64,000 bases of DNA, taken from assembly GCA_965218425.1 (NCBI GenBank), contig OZ244621.1:3488001-3552000 (forward strand), given 5' to 3'. A program made the translations under genes and the position numbers. Shown in pieces: positions 39,915-49,570 of this stretch; position 1 is the stretch's first letter; every line of letters begins with the position of its first letter. Under the pieces are notes generated by a model. That model was not told the origin of the DNA. It saw only the letters and a list, made by a program, of their open reading frames with translations, and made no database searches. This DNA comes from an uncultured Candidatus Binatia bacterium (GTDB lineage: Bacteria; Desulfobacterota; Binatia; UBA9968; CAXXLF01).

Positions 39915-40862
39915 ATGGCCGATTATGAACCCATCGACATTCGCGCCTTCTACCGCTCCCCCTCCCACCTCCACATCTGGGAGATCCTGGACAAGGCGGG
40001 GATCTGGGGACAGGTGGGAGTCAGATCCGCAAGCATGGAATACTGCAGCCTGCCCACGGACGCCGAGGCGGCTCTGTTCGACGGCTCCATCGATTTCGTT
40101 TCCGGCAATCACATCACCCCCTATGCTCTGGTGGCGCGCGGTAAGCCCATCGTATGTCTGGCGTCGCCCGGCAATAACGTCAGGGACCGCCTGGTGTCCC
40201 GAAAGCCCATGCGCTCGTTGTCCGACGTTCGAGGGCTTAAGGTCGCCGACCTGACGATGGAAGGGCGGGTGGCCGGATTCAATCATTTGCGGGGCAATCA
40301 CATGCTTTACCTGATACGCGCCGGTCTCAAGCTGGACGACGTTACATGGGTAGAGTTGGGCGAGGACATGACGCCGGAGTTCCGCGCGGCTCAGTACGAG
40401 GCCATGACCTCGGGCGAAGCGGACGCCACCTTCGTCACGGGGGGAACCGAGCGATTCGAGCAAAAGGGGTTCCACGTCCTGGACCTGGGCCCTCTCCCCA
40501 TGATCACGGGTCCCACCTTGACCACGTCCTACACTTCGCTGCAGCGAAAGGACCGGCTGGGCGAGCGCCTGGTGAAGGCCTTCGTGCTGGGAGTCCATTA
40601 CGCCCGAACCCATAAAGACGAGAGCGAAAAGATCCTTGAGGGTTTGAGGAAGAGAGAGCCGGAGGCCGGCTCCGTGAGATACGCCGGTCTCGCCCGGATG
40701 CCGCGCAAACCGTACCCGGACCCGCAGGCCGTAATGAATGCCCATGAGCTGTGCCTCATGAAGGATTCCGCCGCAAAGGAGCTGAGCCCCCTGGCGCTTT
40801 GGGACCTTCACTATCTTCGCGAGCTGGATCACTCGGGTTTTATCGACGGACTCTACCGGTAA
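39915..40862 (+). CDS. NMT1/THI5/SsuA-like binding-protein-fold protein without signal peptide
   Basis: ALFDGSIDF, SLSDVRGLKVA, MTSGEADATF, ELDHSGFIDGLY; polar N-terminus. Confidence 0.7.
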   Translation: MADYEPIDIRAFYRSPSHLHIWEILDKAGIWGQVGVRSASMEYCSLPTDAEAALFDGSIDFVSGNHITPYALVARGKPIVCLASPGNNVRDRLVSRKPMRSLSDVRGLKVADLTMEGRVAGFNHLRGNHMLYLIRAGLKLDDVTWVELGEDMTPEFRAAQYEAMTSGEADATFVTGGTERFEQKGFHVLDLGPLPMITGPTLTTSYTSLQRKDRLGERLVKAFVLGVHYARTHKDESEKILEGLRKREPEAGSVRYAGLARMPRKPYPDPQAVMNAHELCLMKDSAAKELSPLALWDLHYLRELDHSGFIDGLYR

Positions 40863-41145
40863 CCTTCTTTATTTCTTTTTTTGGCTTTCGAGGCCGGGTG
40901 GGCGTTCAAGCGCTTGAAAGACAAGGCTTTCATTCCGGTTTATTCCACCTGGTTTCGGGTTGTTTCATTAAAATAAATACTTGAAGAGGGAAAAACGCTT
41001 CAGACCCTGACGCGACTAGGAGTTAAGATCGCCACAGGACAACAACCCTTAAACCTCAATTAAATTAAACCTGCATTGCAGTAAAAGAGAGCAAAAAACA
41101 AAAATGACCAAGGATGACAAGAGGTCCATACTCAAAGAGATGCAC

Positions 41146-41811
41146 ATGAAACGAATAGCCTACGCCGTTGTTGCTATCGTTCTGTTTTCTGGCGGGTGCA
41201 AAACTGATGTGACAGTCGAGGTTTACTCATCGGACTTGCACAAGGTTGTCACAGACAAGACCTCTGGGTTGATGACCCCAATGATAATGGCGATTGAAAT
41301 TCCATCAGAGCAGAAGTGTGACGAGTATACTCCGCAAATAGCTGACGTCATGAAGGGGCTAGTCAATAGCTTTTCCCCTCAAGGATGCAAGCGGATGGGC
41401 ATGGAATCGCGCCTCTTGGCAGAAGTTCAAATTCCGCTGTCACCTAGTATGGCCGCATGGGATCGGGCCAACTCATTATTTGGATTGGTTATATCAGACA
41501 AGACTGGTGGGGTTGTGGTAACTCTTGATCTGGACAAGTACGAGATACTTAGTAAGCGGATGCAAAGTAAGTTTCATCAGTCCGTAAACTTATCCGAGTC
41601 CAAGGTTACGATGATTCTGCACAATGATGAACGAAACACCCAGACATACCGTGTAGGCGGGGCCTTCATCAACCGAGACCCGGTGTATCAGAAGCAATGG
41701 ATCAATTTGAAGCGTCGTGGCAAGGTAGAAATCCAACTTTCAAATGTTGGTTCTGCATCCTTGGCAAAGCATGGTCATGCTTTGATTCTGGCTTTTAAGA
41801 AGGAAGACTAA
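41146..41811 (+). CDS. Hypothetical lipoprotein
   Basis: MKRIAYAVVAIVLFSGG-C lipoprotein-type signal; lower GC than cluster. Confidence 0.65.
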   Translation: MKRIAYAVVAIVLFSGGCKTDVTVEVYSSDLHKVVTDKTSGLMTPMIMAIEIPSEQKCDEYTPQIADVMKGLVNSFSPQGCKRMGMESRLLAEVQIPLSPSMAAWDRANSLFGLVISDKTGGVVVTLDLDKYEILSKRMQSKFHQSVNLSESKVTMILHNDERNTQTYRVGGAFINRDPVYQKQWINLKRRGKVEIQLSNVGSASLAKHGHALILAFKKED

Positions 41812-42349
41812 CTATGATTATAAGTTTTCTCCTAGTTGTTGTTGGGCTTTCCGGGTTTACTCTTGGCGGATGGTGACCTTTGCTTTGGGCACGAAGCGCA
41901 AAGCGGTCTGCTCATTGCGGTGGATAAATCAGGTGGTGTTTGTCAATGGAGTTGTCACTGTATTGGGCCACCACATTTTGCATTCTTCGGGGCATTTCTT
42001 GGTTAAAACTGAAACGATGACTTCAGCTCCATCGCCCGGTAAGCGCCGTCACCATTGCATCATAGCAACCATCGGATCAACGGTCGAATAAAAGCGAGTG
42101 GATCTCGCAGTAGATCCTCGTGATAGTCATTGGATTCATCCTGAGCGGTCGATTGAATCGCTCAATTTAGTCATTCGTCCGCGGGGTCTTAGGAGACATA
42201 TTCTAGTGGATCTTGTAAAGTGCTCTGACCTCGGTGCTAGAGTGTTTTATGAACTCAGAGCCAGACAGCATAGGGGTTAAATCACCTGTTGACAGTGTTA
42301 ATCGGACGTTATATATACTGGCGGCCTCTTCGAAGTGCGATATCACTAT

Positions 42350-42575
42350 CAATCGGTAGGAGGGCATGTGCTGGGTCAGGAGTACATTTGTCCTGAGGAA
42401 TTGACATTGCCGCGAGGTTACACCCAGGTGATCAATGCGGGGCGTATAGTATGGATCGCGGGGCAAACGGCTATAGACCGGTATTCCAATGTTGTCGGAA
42501 AAAACGATCCTGAGGCTCAGGCCCGCCAGGCACATGCAAACCTAGAGACGGCAATTCGTGGTGCCGGGGGTGGCC
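42350..42575 (+). pseudogene. RidA/YjgF family fragment
   Basis: PRGYTQVI...VWIAGQTA...DPEAQARQAHANLETAIRGAGG, then truncated. Confidence 0.7.
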
Positions 42576-43411
42576 TCAGCGCCTCTTGTCTGTGTCGAGA
42601 ATTTACACATTGAGTTTCAAACGCGCCGTGGAATTATCAAGGCTATCCAAGGGGTTGATCTGATCATTTATCCGGGAGAGACCATCGGTATTGTCGGCGA
42701 GACCGGGTCAGGTAAATCGGTGACATCGCTGGCAACGATGCGACTCCTGGACAAAAATAGGACGACGACGCAAGGAAAGATCACTTACCGTGGAGAGGTA
42801 ATTGCTACGCCGGAGAACCAGCCCAAGGGGAAACCGCCGCCTGCCGAGCTTGCCATGATTTTTCAGTATCCGCGTAGCGCGCTCAATCCCATTCGGCCGA
42901 TCGGGAAACAGGTCATCGACGTTCTCAAGACCATGAAACAGGCGTCGCCCGAGGAGATCAAAGAGGAGGCCGTTCAACTGCTCGAAGAGGTGCAATTTGA
43001 AGGTGCAAGACGACGCTTCCTTGCCTATCCCTTTGAGCTCTCCGGCGGGATGTGTCAACGGGTGCTCATTGCAATGGCTCTGGCCCGCAAACCCTCTGTG
43101 CTTTTTGACGACGAACCGACCAGCGCTTTAGATGTGTCGATCCAGGGCGGGGCCCTGCTGCGTCTTGAGAAATTGCGGAAGGAGTTCGATTTAACCTATT
43201 TTTATTTGTCTCCCATGACCTCAGCGTCGTCCGTCTAATGTGTGAGCGTGTTATGGTAATTGAGGCAGGGCGTATTATTGAGGAGGGAAGCGTCAAAGAA
43301 ATCTTTTCCGACCCTAAGCACGAGCACACCCAGAACCTTATCAAGTCTATTCCGCACTTCGATCGCAGATCCGAGCGAAGCGTGGGCAATAAGGAACGTA
43401 AATATGGCTGA
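42576..43411 (+). pseudogene. Peptide ABC transporter ATPase (DppD/DppF-like), frameshifted near 43200
   Basis: GETGSGKS, LSGGMCQR, DEPTSALD; second frame [14 protein letters not shown]...[12 protein letters not shown] ending at 43411. Confidence 0.75.
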
Positions 43412-44423
43412 AGGCACGGAATTGAACGCCGTCAGGTCCTCAGGAAACGAGCAGCTGGCCTCGGATGCCGTGGCACTTACCATTCCTGAGCGGCCGGGGC
43501 AGCCGCAGGTCGTTTGTCGGTTGGCGGGGGATGCCTACCTTCTTGTGGAATACGGACCCATGGCTCTCGATCTCAGCTTGAGAATCAGGGTGCACGCCTT
43601 GGAGGATGCGCTGACCGAAATGAAGATTGAGGGGATCTTGGAAACGATACCGGGCGTGCGTTCCCTTCTGATCAAATACGATGGGCTTAGGCTGTCGCTT
43701 GGTCGGCTTCTCGATACTTTGAAATCGGCGGAGAAATATCTGGCGCCGATCGAAGAGACCGAAGTGTCCTCGCGGGTGGTTCACTTGCCCATCGCTTTTC
43801 ATGACCGGTGGACACGAGATGCCATAGCCCAATATATACAAGCGGTAAGGCCTGAAGCGCCTTATTTGCCGGATAATGTCGAGTTTGTAGCTCGTTGCAA
43901 TGCATTGGAAAATACCGAGCAGGTGGCCGAATACCTGCAGAAGACCCAGCTCCTGGTCCTTGGGCTGGGCGATGTATACCTCGGTGCGCCCTGTGCTGTG
44001 CCCATGGATCCCAGGTACCGCCTGGTGGTGCCCAAGTACAACCCGGCCAGGATGTTCACTCCCGAGGGAGCTGTCGGCATCGGCGGATCCTACATTTGCA
44101 TCTATCCCATGGAGTCCCCCGGTGGGTACCAGCTCGTTGGGCGGACCCTGCCGATCTGGAACACCCGGCAGACAACCCCCGCATTTGCCGAAGCGCCGTG
44201 GCTCCTGAGATTTTTCGATCGTATCCAGTTCAAGTCGGTGGGTGAAGCGGAGTTAGAAGAACAGCGGGAGGCGATGCGGCAGGGAACGTACACTCTCCAG
44301 ATCGAGGAGGGTGTATTTAAAATCAAGGACTACAATGCGTTTATTCATTCGGTTCACGGAGAAGCGGAAGAATTCAAGGCCAGGCAACAAGCGGCTGCGC
44401 TGCGCTGGACTGAGGGATACTGA
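43404..44423 (+). CDS. Carboxyltransferase C/D-domain protein (urea carboxylase-like; allophanate hydrolase subunit 1/PxpB family)
   Basis: [49 protein letters not shown]. Confidence 0.85.
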   Translation: MAEGTELNAVRSSGNEQLASDAVALTIPERPGQPQVVCRLAGDAYLLVEYGPMALDLSLRIRVHALEDALTEMKIEGILETIPGVRSLLIKYDGLRLSLGRLLDTLKSAEKYLAPIEETEVSSRVVHLPIAFHDRWTRDAIAQYIQAVRPEAPYLPDNVEFVARCNALENTEQVAEYLQKTQLLVLGLGDVYLGAPCAVPMDPRYRLVVPKYNPARMFTPEGAVGIGGSYICIYPMESPGGYQLVGRTLPIWNTRQTTPAFAEAPWLLRFFDRIQFKSVGEAELEEQREAMRQGTYTLQIEEGVFKIKDYNAFIHSVHGEAEEFKARQQAAALRWTEGY

Positions 44424-44444
44424 AGGGATGGGAGAGTTTGCGAC

Positions 44445-45434
44445 ATGCTAGAGATCACGAATGGTGGTTTGTATACCACGGTTCAAGATTACCCGGGTCG
44501 GGTCGGGTATTGGAACGTGGGGATACCTCCCTCAGGACCCATGGATATGTTGGCCTTGCGAATTGCGAACAGGCTGGTGGGCAACGGGGACCGCGAAGCG
44601 TGTTTAGAGTTCACCGCCATTGGTCCCAAATTGAGGTTCGGGAAGGACTCGATCGTGGCCTTTACGGGAGCGAAACTCAAAGGAGAATTAAACGGGAAGA
44701 GCATTCCATGGTGGAAAGCCCTCTATGTGGAGCAGGGAAGCGTTTTATCCTTGGGTGCTGTGGAGGGGCTCGGGTTTCGGGCCTATATGGCGGTAGCCGG
44801 CGGATTTGACCTTCCGGATTATCTCGAGAGTAAATCAACTTTTCCCAAAGGGGGATTTGGAGGTTACGAAGGCCGTCCCTTAACCAAAGGAGATGTGATT
44901 CGCCTTAATAGTACAACGCTTGAATCTTCTCGGATGGGAAAACTCGACAGCAGCAAAGTCCCGCAATACCAAACGGAATGGGAGGTGGGAGGAATCCCCG
45001 GACCTCACGCGGCGCCGGATTTTTTTACTGCGGCCGACGAGGAAATGTTTTACAGTTCGACTTGGCGTGTCCATCACAACTCCAATCGACTCGGTTACCG
45101 GCTTGAAGGACCCCATCTTAAATTCACCCGTAAGGACGGAGGGGAAGGGGGGCGCCATCCCTCTAATATCCACGACTGCGCCTATGCTATAGGCACGGTA
45201 AATTTTACCGGCGACATGCCTATCATCTTAACAGTGGATGGTCCTAGCCTGGGTGGGTTCGTTTCCCTGGCCACGATCCCGACTGCTGAATTATGGAAGA
45301 TCGGGCAGGCGAAACTTCATGACCATATCCGTTTTAAAAAAATGACCGTGAAGGAAGCAATAGAGGGCCTTTCCAGACTGGAGCGGCTCCTGGAGGAGAT
45401 TGCACCGACTTCTCAGACTCAATCTGCAAAGTAA
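44445..45434 (+). CDS. Carboxyltransferase A/B-domain protein (urea carboxylase-like; PxpC family)
   Basis: TTVQDYPGRVGYWNVGIPPSGPMD, DGGEGGRHPSNIHD, DGPSLGGF. Confidence 0.85.
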   Translation: MLEITNGGLYTTVQDYPGRVGYWNVGIPPSGPMDMLALRIANRLVGNGDREACLEFTAIGPKLRFGKDSIVAFTGAKLKGELNGKSIPWWKALYVEQGSVLSLGAVEGLGFRAYMAVAGGFDLPDYLESKSTFPKGGFGGYEGRPLTKGDVIRLNSTTLESSRMGKLDSSKVPQYQTEWEVGGIPGPHAAPDFFTAADEEMFYSSTWRVHHNSNRLGYRLEGPHLKFTRKDGGEGGRHPSNIHDCAYAIGTVNFTGDMPIILTVDGPSLGGFVSLATIPTAELWKIGQAKLHDHIRFKKMTVKEAIEGLSRLERLLEEIAPTSQTQSAK

Positions 45435-45439
45435 CTGGG

Positions 45440-45720
45440 TCTACCATCCGAATACGTGGCTCTGTAAGTAGACGAGACCTGAGGATGATGAGTCCATCTT
45501 GTTCTACAGAAGGTGGGCTACGTGTCAGAGCAGATTCCCATAGAGATTCGCGTCAGTGTAGATGTGGGGGCACATAGTCACAACGTGGCTATAGGGTTAT
45601 CAAGTGGGGAGGTGCTGAGGAGTTTCAGATTGCGCACGGGCTGGAGGGTTTTACGTATTTCTTTTCGTGCATTGAGAGGTAACAGCGAAAGAGAGTGTGT
45701 GTGGGCAGAAATAATTGCGA
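45440..45720 (+). mobile_element. IS110-family remnant (left non-coding end + frameshifted transposase N-terminus)
   Basis: IRVSVDVGAHSHNVAIGLSSGEVL / EEFQIAHGLEGF. Confidence 0.55.
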
Positions 45721-45928
45721 ATTTGGCTTGAGAAGGGGCCCAAAACGACCGTAAAAGGGTATTTTCCGGGCGTTTCAGGTGTCATTTTTGGGCGGGGAAT
45801 TTCCGGCCGATTTGCAGTAGAAGGGCAGGTGGTGTTGGGGGAAGAGAAGTGTGTAGAGTGGCTTAGAGGTTACGTTAATGGATGGGTGGATGTTAAGGAG
45901 ATACCGACTGGAAGAGGCTGATTTTTGT

Positions 45929-46210
45929 CTATAACGCTTTTTTTATCTCTTCTACAGGCTCCTCTTGGACGATGGGCGCTGTCTCGATGTCTTTGATAGT
46001 CTCATCATTACACCAGCGGTATTTCCCGGGCAGACCACGAATTGAAAATGCTCTTTCCAATCTTTTATGATTCTCCGTTGAATTAACCACAAAGAGAATG
46101 AGATCTAACACACCTTCCCGGGAACTCTGAATAATAATTTCATCTAGGAACGATGAAGATACTATCTCCGCATCCGACAAATCGAGTTCTAACCATCCGT
46201 CCTTTGAAAG
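45929..46210 (-). pseudogene. STAS-like (DUF4325-type) protein fragment
   Basis: LELDLSDAEIVSSSFLDEII; no proper start. Confidence 0.4.
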
Positions 46211-46238
46211 GGTGGGTCAAAGTTTACTAAAGGCTTTC

Positions 46239-46324
46239 TCGGGATGATTCATCGAACAAGGTCACGATGATGAGGGAACCGCACAAGATCCTTGTGGTCG
46301 ACGACGAGCCCTATCTCCAACAGC
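46239..46324 (+). repeat. Direct copy of 61715-61800 (leader and first codons of the rsbU-like gene)
   Basis: 86 bp, 5 mismatches by manual alignment. Confidence 0.9.
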
Positions 46325-46712
46325 ACTCGGACCCCACGGTCCCGCTGCACCGACATCAGGAGGTCTCCTTCGCCGAGGATGCGGGGTGCGCCCGATCCAA
46401 ACACCGCGCCGGAAACCGGGAACTCGAGGTCCGATTCCGCCAGCCTGCCGCCGCCATAGAACTGCCGTGTCCGTGTGGGAGCGACCGGCCCGCCAGCGCA
46501 TGCCTCGGGGCAGACGCGATGCACGGTGTCATTTGTCAGGAGCGTTGCGCAGCCCCCTGCATAGGATGCGAGGAACAGGGCGAGAGCCACAGTCCCACAC
46601 TCCGTGGCTAAGTGCCGAGCAATCATAGATTTCTTTTCCCGGTTCTCTTGGTCCGTGATCTGGTACGGGCGGATATCTCCCGCACTGGCAGCCTTCAGGT
46701 TCTTCCTAAATC

Positions 46713-46799
46713 GGCGCCACACTGATCACCAGCAATCTGCCGTTCGACGAATAGACCGAAACCTTCGCCTCCGAACGCCTGACCTGCGCGCTGCTTGAT
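46713..46799 (+). pseudogene. istB: IS21 helper ATPase IstB fragment
   Basis: GATLITSNLPFDE*TETFASERLTCALLD. Confidence 0.7.
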
Positions 46800-46827
46800 T
46801 TGAAACACTCAATGAAATAGACACGTC

Positions 46828-47010
46828 GTGGCAAGAAAACCCAGCCTCCATTTTCCCGGCGCCCTTTTTCACGCCGCCTGTCTGCCGACAAGGCAGGTCA
46901 GTCGCGGCAACCAAGGCCGGCTCATCTTCCGCGATGACGACGACCGGGAACGTTACCTTGCGATGCTTCAAGGGCTGCCGACCCGAGTTGGCTGCAAACT
47001 CTACGTTACG
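46828..47010 (+). pseudogene. REP-associated tyrosine transposase (RAYT/Y1) N-terminal fragment with a REP-like insert at 46876-46897
   Basis: MARKPSLHFPGALFH...SRGNQGRLIFRDDDDRERYL. Confidence 0.7.
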
Positions 47011-47353
47011 TGTAGAGAGACAAGTCGGATACGCCGGATTATGGCGAAGATAGGGGTTGAAGAAGCCGGATACCGATGACAACGCCTGCTCGTGCATGAC
47101 CCAACGCACGTGCGGTGGTGCGCACAGGCTGTGCGGCAAGGGGATCATCACACACGAACTGATAGTGCCGGGTCTTGGTATGAAGCGGGATACCGTGTCC
47201 TTCCGAACGGCGAAGGTATTCGTCAAGGAGAGCCGATGAGGGGTAATCGATTAAGATAGTCAAACCCCGGCGTCGCGAAACATCTGAAGCTGAGTCTGCA
47301 CTGAAACGTCCTGTGCTTACCCGATCCGGCGCGATTAAGTTGGTTTGGTTGAG

Positions 47354-48640
47354 CTACCCCGTATCAGCGTCCAACCGTTTTGCGCATTCTTTCCAGTTCA
47401 CCGAGTTCGCATAGATGTCCTGTATGCCGCCGACGCGAAATCCATTGAATTTTGCATCGCGAACTACATTGGCCGGCTCCCGGCCCTCTTGCAGGTCCCT
47501 TATAGCCTTGACCATGGCTTTCCTCGCCACCACAAGCACGATATCCGAGGACGTCAGGTGCTCCTGAGTCCTGTCTTGAACCGCCCCTTGCCCCTCCACG
47601 GCCACCAAATCCTCCGTCTGAAAGACCACCCCCCCATCGGGGCTCCAGATACCGCTATAGCTTGTCTTATCCATGAGAGTTCGGTCCTGAAGATATCGGT
47701 TCCCTTTGTTCCGCACCGGCTTGTAGTCTACCGTTACCTGATCGGCGCGTCGTTGGAGGAGTTCGGGGTCAACGGGTCCGTTGCGCGAGAGTAGGAAGGT
47801 GTACTTCCAATGGGTCGTGTCATCAATGGGTACATGCCAATTACACATATATCCGTCACCCCCCCAGGAATATCCCGGAAAACATGTCAGATTGGGCAGG
47901 ACGAAATCGTGCACAAGAAAATAATACTTATCCGGCTCAACCTCCGGGCGAATCTTGTAGCAGCGAACGCCGAAACGCTTGAGTTCGGCCTCGATATGCT
48001 CAACCTCTGGTGCTGCACCGCGTCCGGATATTTCAGCGGCCGGCTGGCCTTTGTACCCCACGCCGCCGATGCCGCCGTTTTTAAAATTGAAGTGCAGGAA
48101 ACCAAGGTGGGCGAGGTCGAAATTGCCTTCGTTGGCCTGGAGATAATTGCACTCATGGAAACGCTTTTCCACATAGGTATGGTCATCGGGAGCCATGAGA
48201 AACTCGTAGCCGGTGAACAGAGGCGGTTGGCCCGGTCCCAGGTAGGCAAAGATCACCCCGGCCTTTTCATAGCATGGGTAGGCTGGGTGGCGAATCAACT
48301 GCTTCTGCGGCCCGCCTAGGGGTTCTCCCGGTTGGTCGACGCAGCGACCCGATAAATCATAGAGCCAACCGTGGTAGATGCACCGGATACCCCCATCCTC
48401 CACCCGTCCAAAGCTGAGGTCGGCGCCTCTGTGGGAACAATGGAGCCCCAACAAGCCGGGTTGCCCCTCGTTGTTCCGGAACAGAACGAGTTCTTCACCT
48501 AGGATCTTCACGCTGAGGGGCGAACCTCCGGAAGGCAGTTCCCGGGAGAGCGCAACCGGTTGCCAGTACCGCCTCATGAGCTCGCCACAGGGAGTGCCAA
48601 GTCCGGTTTGAGTCAAAAGTTCATTCTCTGTTTTCTTCAT
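47354..48640 (-). CDS. Rieske oxygenase (phthalate 4,5-dioxygenase/LigXa-like)
   Basis: CSHRG...CIYHGW; EGNFDLAHLGFLH; WHVPIDDTTH. Confidence 0.9.
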   Translation of the reverse strand: MKKTENELLTQTGLGTPCGELMRRYWQPVALSRELPSGGSPLSVKILGEELVLFRNNEGQPGLLGLHCSHRGADLSFGRVEDGGIRCIYHGWLYDLSGRCVDQPGEPLGGPQKQLIRHPAYPCYEKAGVIFAYLGPGQPPLFTGYEFLMAPDDHTYVEKRFHECNYLQANEGNFDLAHLGFLHFNFKNGGIGGVGYKGQPAAEISGRGAAPEVEHIEAELKRFGVRCYKIRPEVEPDKYYFLVHDFVLPNLTCFPGYSWGGDGYMCNWHVPIDDTTHWKYTFLLSRNGPVDPELLQRRADQVTVDYKPVRNKGNRYLQDRTLMDKTSYSGIWSPDGGVVFQTEDLVAVEGQGAVQDRTQEHLTSSDIVLVVARKAMVKAIRDLQEGREPANVVRDAKFNGFRVGGIQDIYANSVNWKECAKRLDADTG

Positions 48641-49135
48641 ACGCATGAACCCTAGCTCCAGCCGGTCCCTTGGGCATTGGGCCGTTGGACTGGCTGCTTA
48701 GATTAGGACGAGCCGGAGGGGGCCAGGTGAGAAAGGACGGGGAACTTGGGACATAAAAAGTTCCAACTCTGCCAGATCCAATCTTTGGCTCATTTAACGT
48801 ATCCATTGGAGGATGTCAATAATTGGGGTCAGGTAACATGAAAAAGGGGTCAAGCTCCGGCAGGATGGCGGTTGTAGCGGCCGTCAAACCTGAAAGGAGC
48901 AGACCCCATGCTTTAGGTCGGGTTAGAATATCACAAACGATACGCCCAGGTAAATGCCATTGACGAGAAAGGGAAACCCCGGGCTCACACTCGACTTTCC
49001 AACGACTTGAGTACAGTGGAGGACTTTTTTCGCTCCCTGAACGAGCCATGCTAAGCGGTAATGCTGGAAAAAAGGCCATTACAATTAATAGGGCTGTTCA
49101 TTACACAAACAGTTATATGTATCAATTAAAGTGTC

Positions 49136-49401
49136 GAGACCTCTGCATAACACTATAATTTGAAGGGATTGGTCGACAGAAGGGTTTAGGGGAAGGATTT
49201 TCTCGGTCCGTGAAGCGTATAATATCCCGGACACAAGACTCTCGATCTTCTGCCAGTCCAACAAAGCCTGCGTGTCATCAAGCGCTGGCAACGCCGGGTG
49301 CTCTAATTCCGTGGTGGATACATGATGGTTGGGTTGAAAATGGCTTCTGCATACCTCACTCTATCCTATCCGATCACGTCTTGCGGTTATGCAGAGGTCT
49401 C
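49136..49401 (-). mobile_element. Internally deleted IS5-family element (MITE-like, 266 bp)
   Basis: Perfect 16-bp TIR GAGACCTCTGCATAAC at 49136-49151 and 49386-49401; transposase N-terminal remnant LDDTQALLDWQKIE; no TSD seen. Confidence 0.75.
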
Positions 49402-49570
49402 TAAGTATCAAAAAAACTCCCGATTTTATTCTGGCGCTTGGAGCTTTGTCATAGCATGTGATCCCCTGTTGACATTCGGAGCTGAACTGTACTATGAGCG
49501 TGCTTCAGCAATCCGATATCCACCGAGTTGGGCAGCATCCGCTATTTAGCTTGAACAAGGAGGTCGTACC

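Noticed and set aside
41020..41850. Integron cassette around the lipoprotein gene (GACTAAC...GTTGGGC)
   Set aside because: The core sites are only about 40 bp apart with poor complementarity, and there is no integrase.
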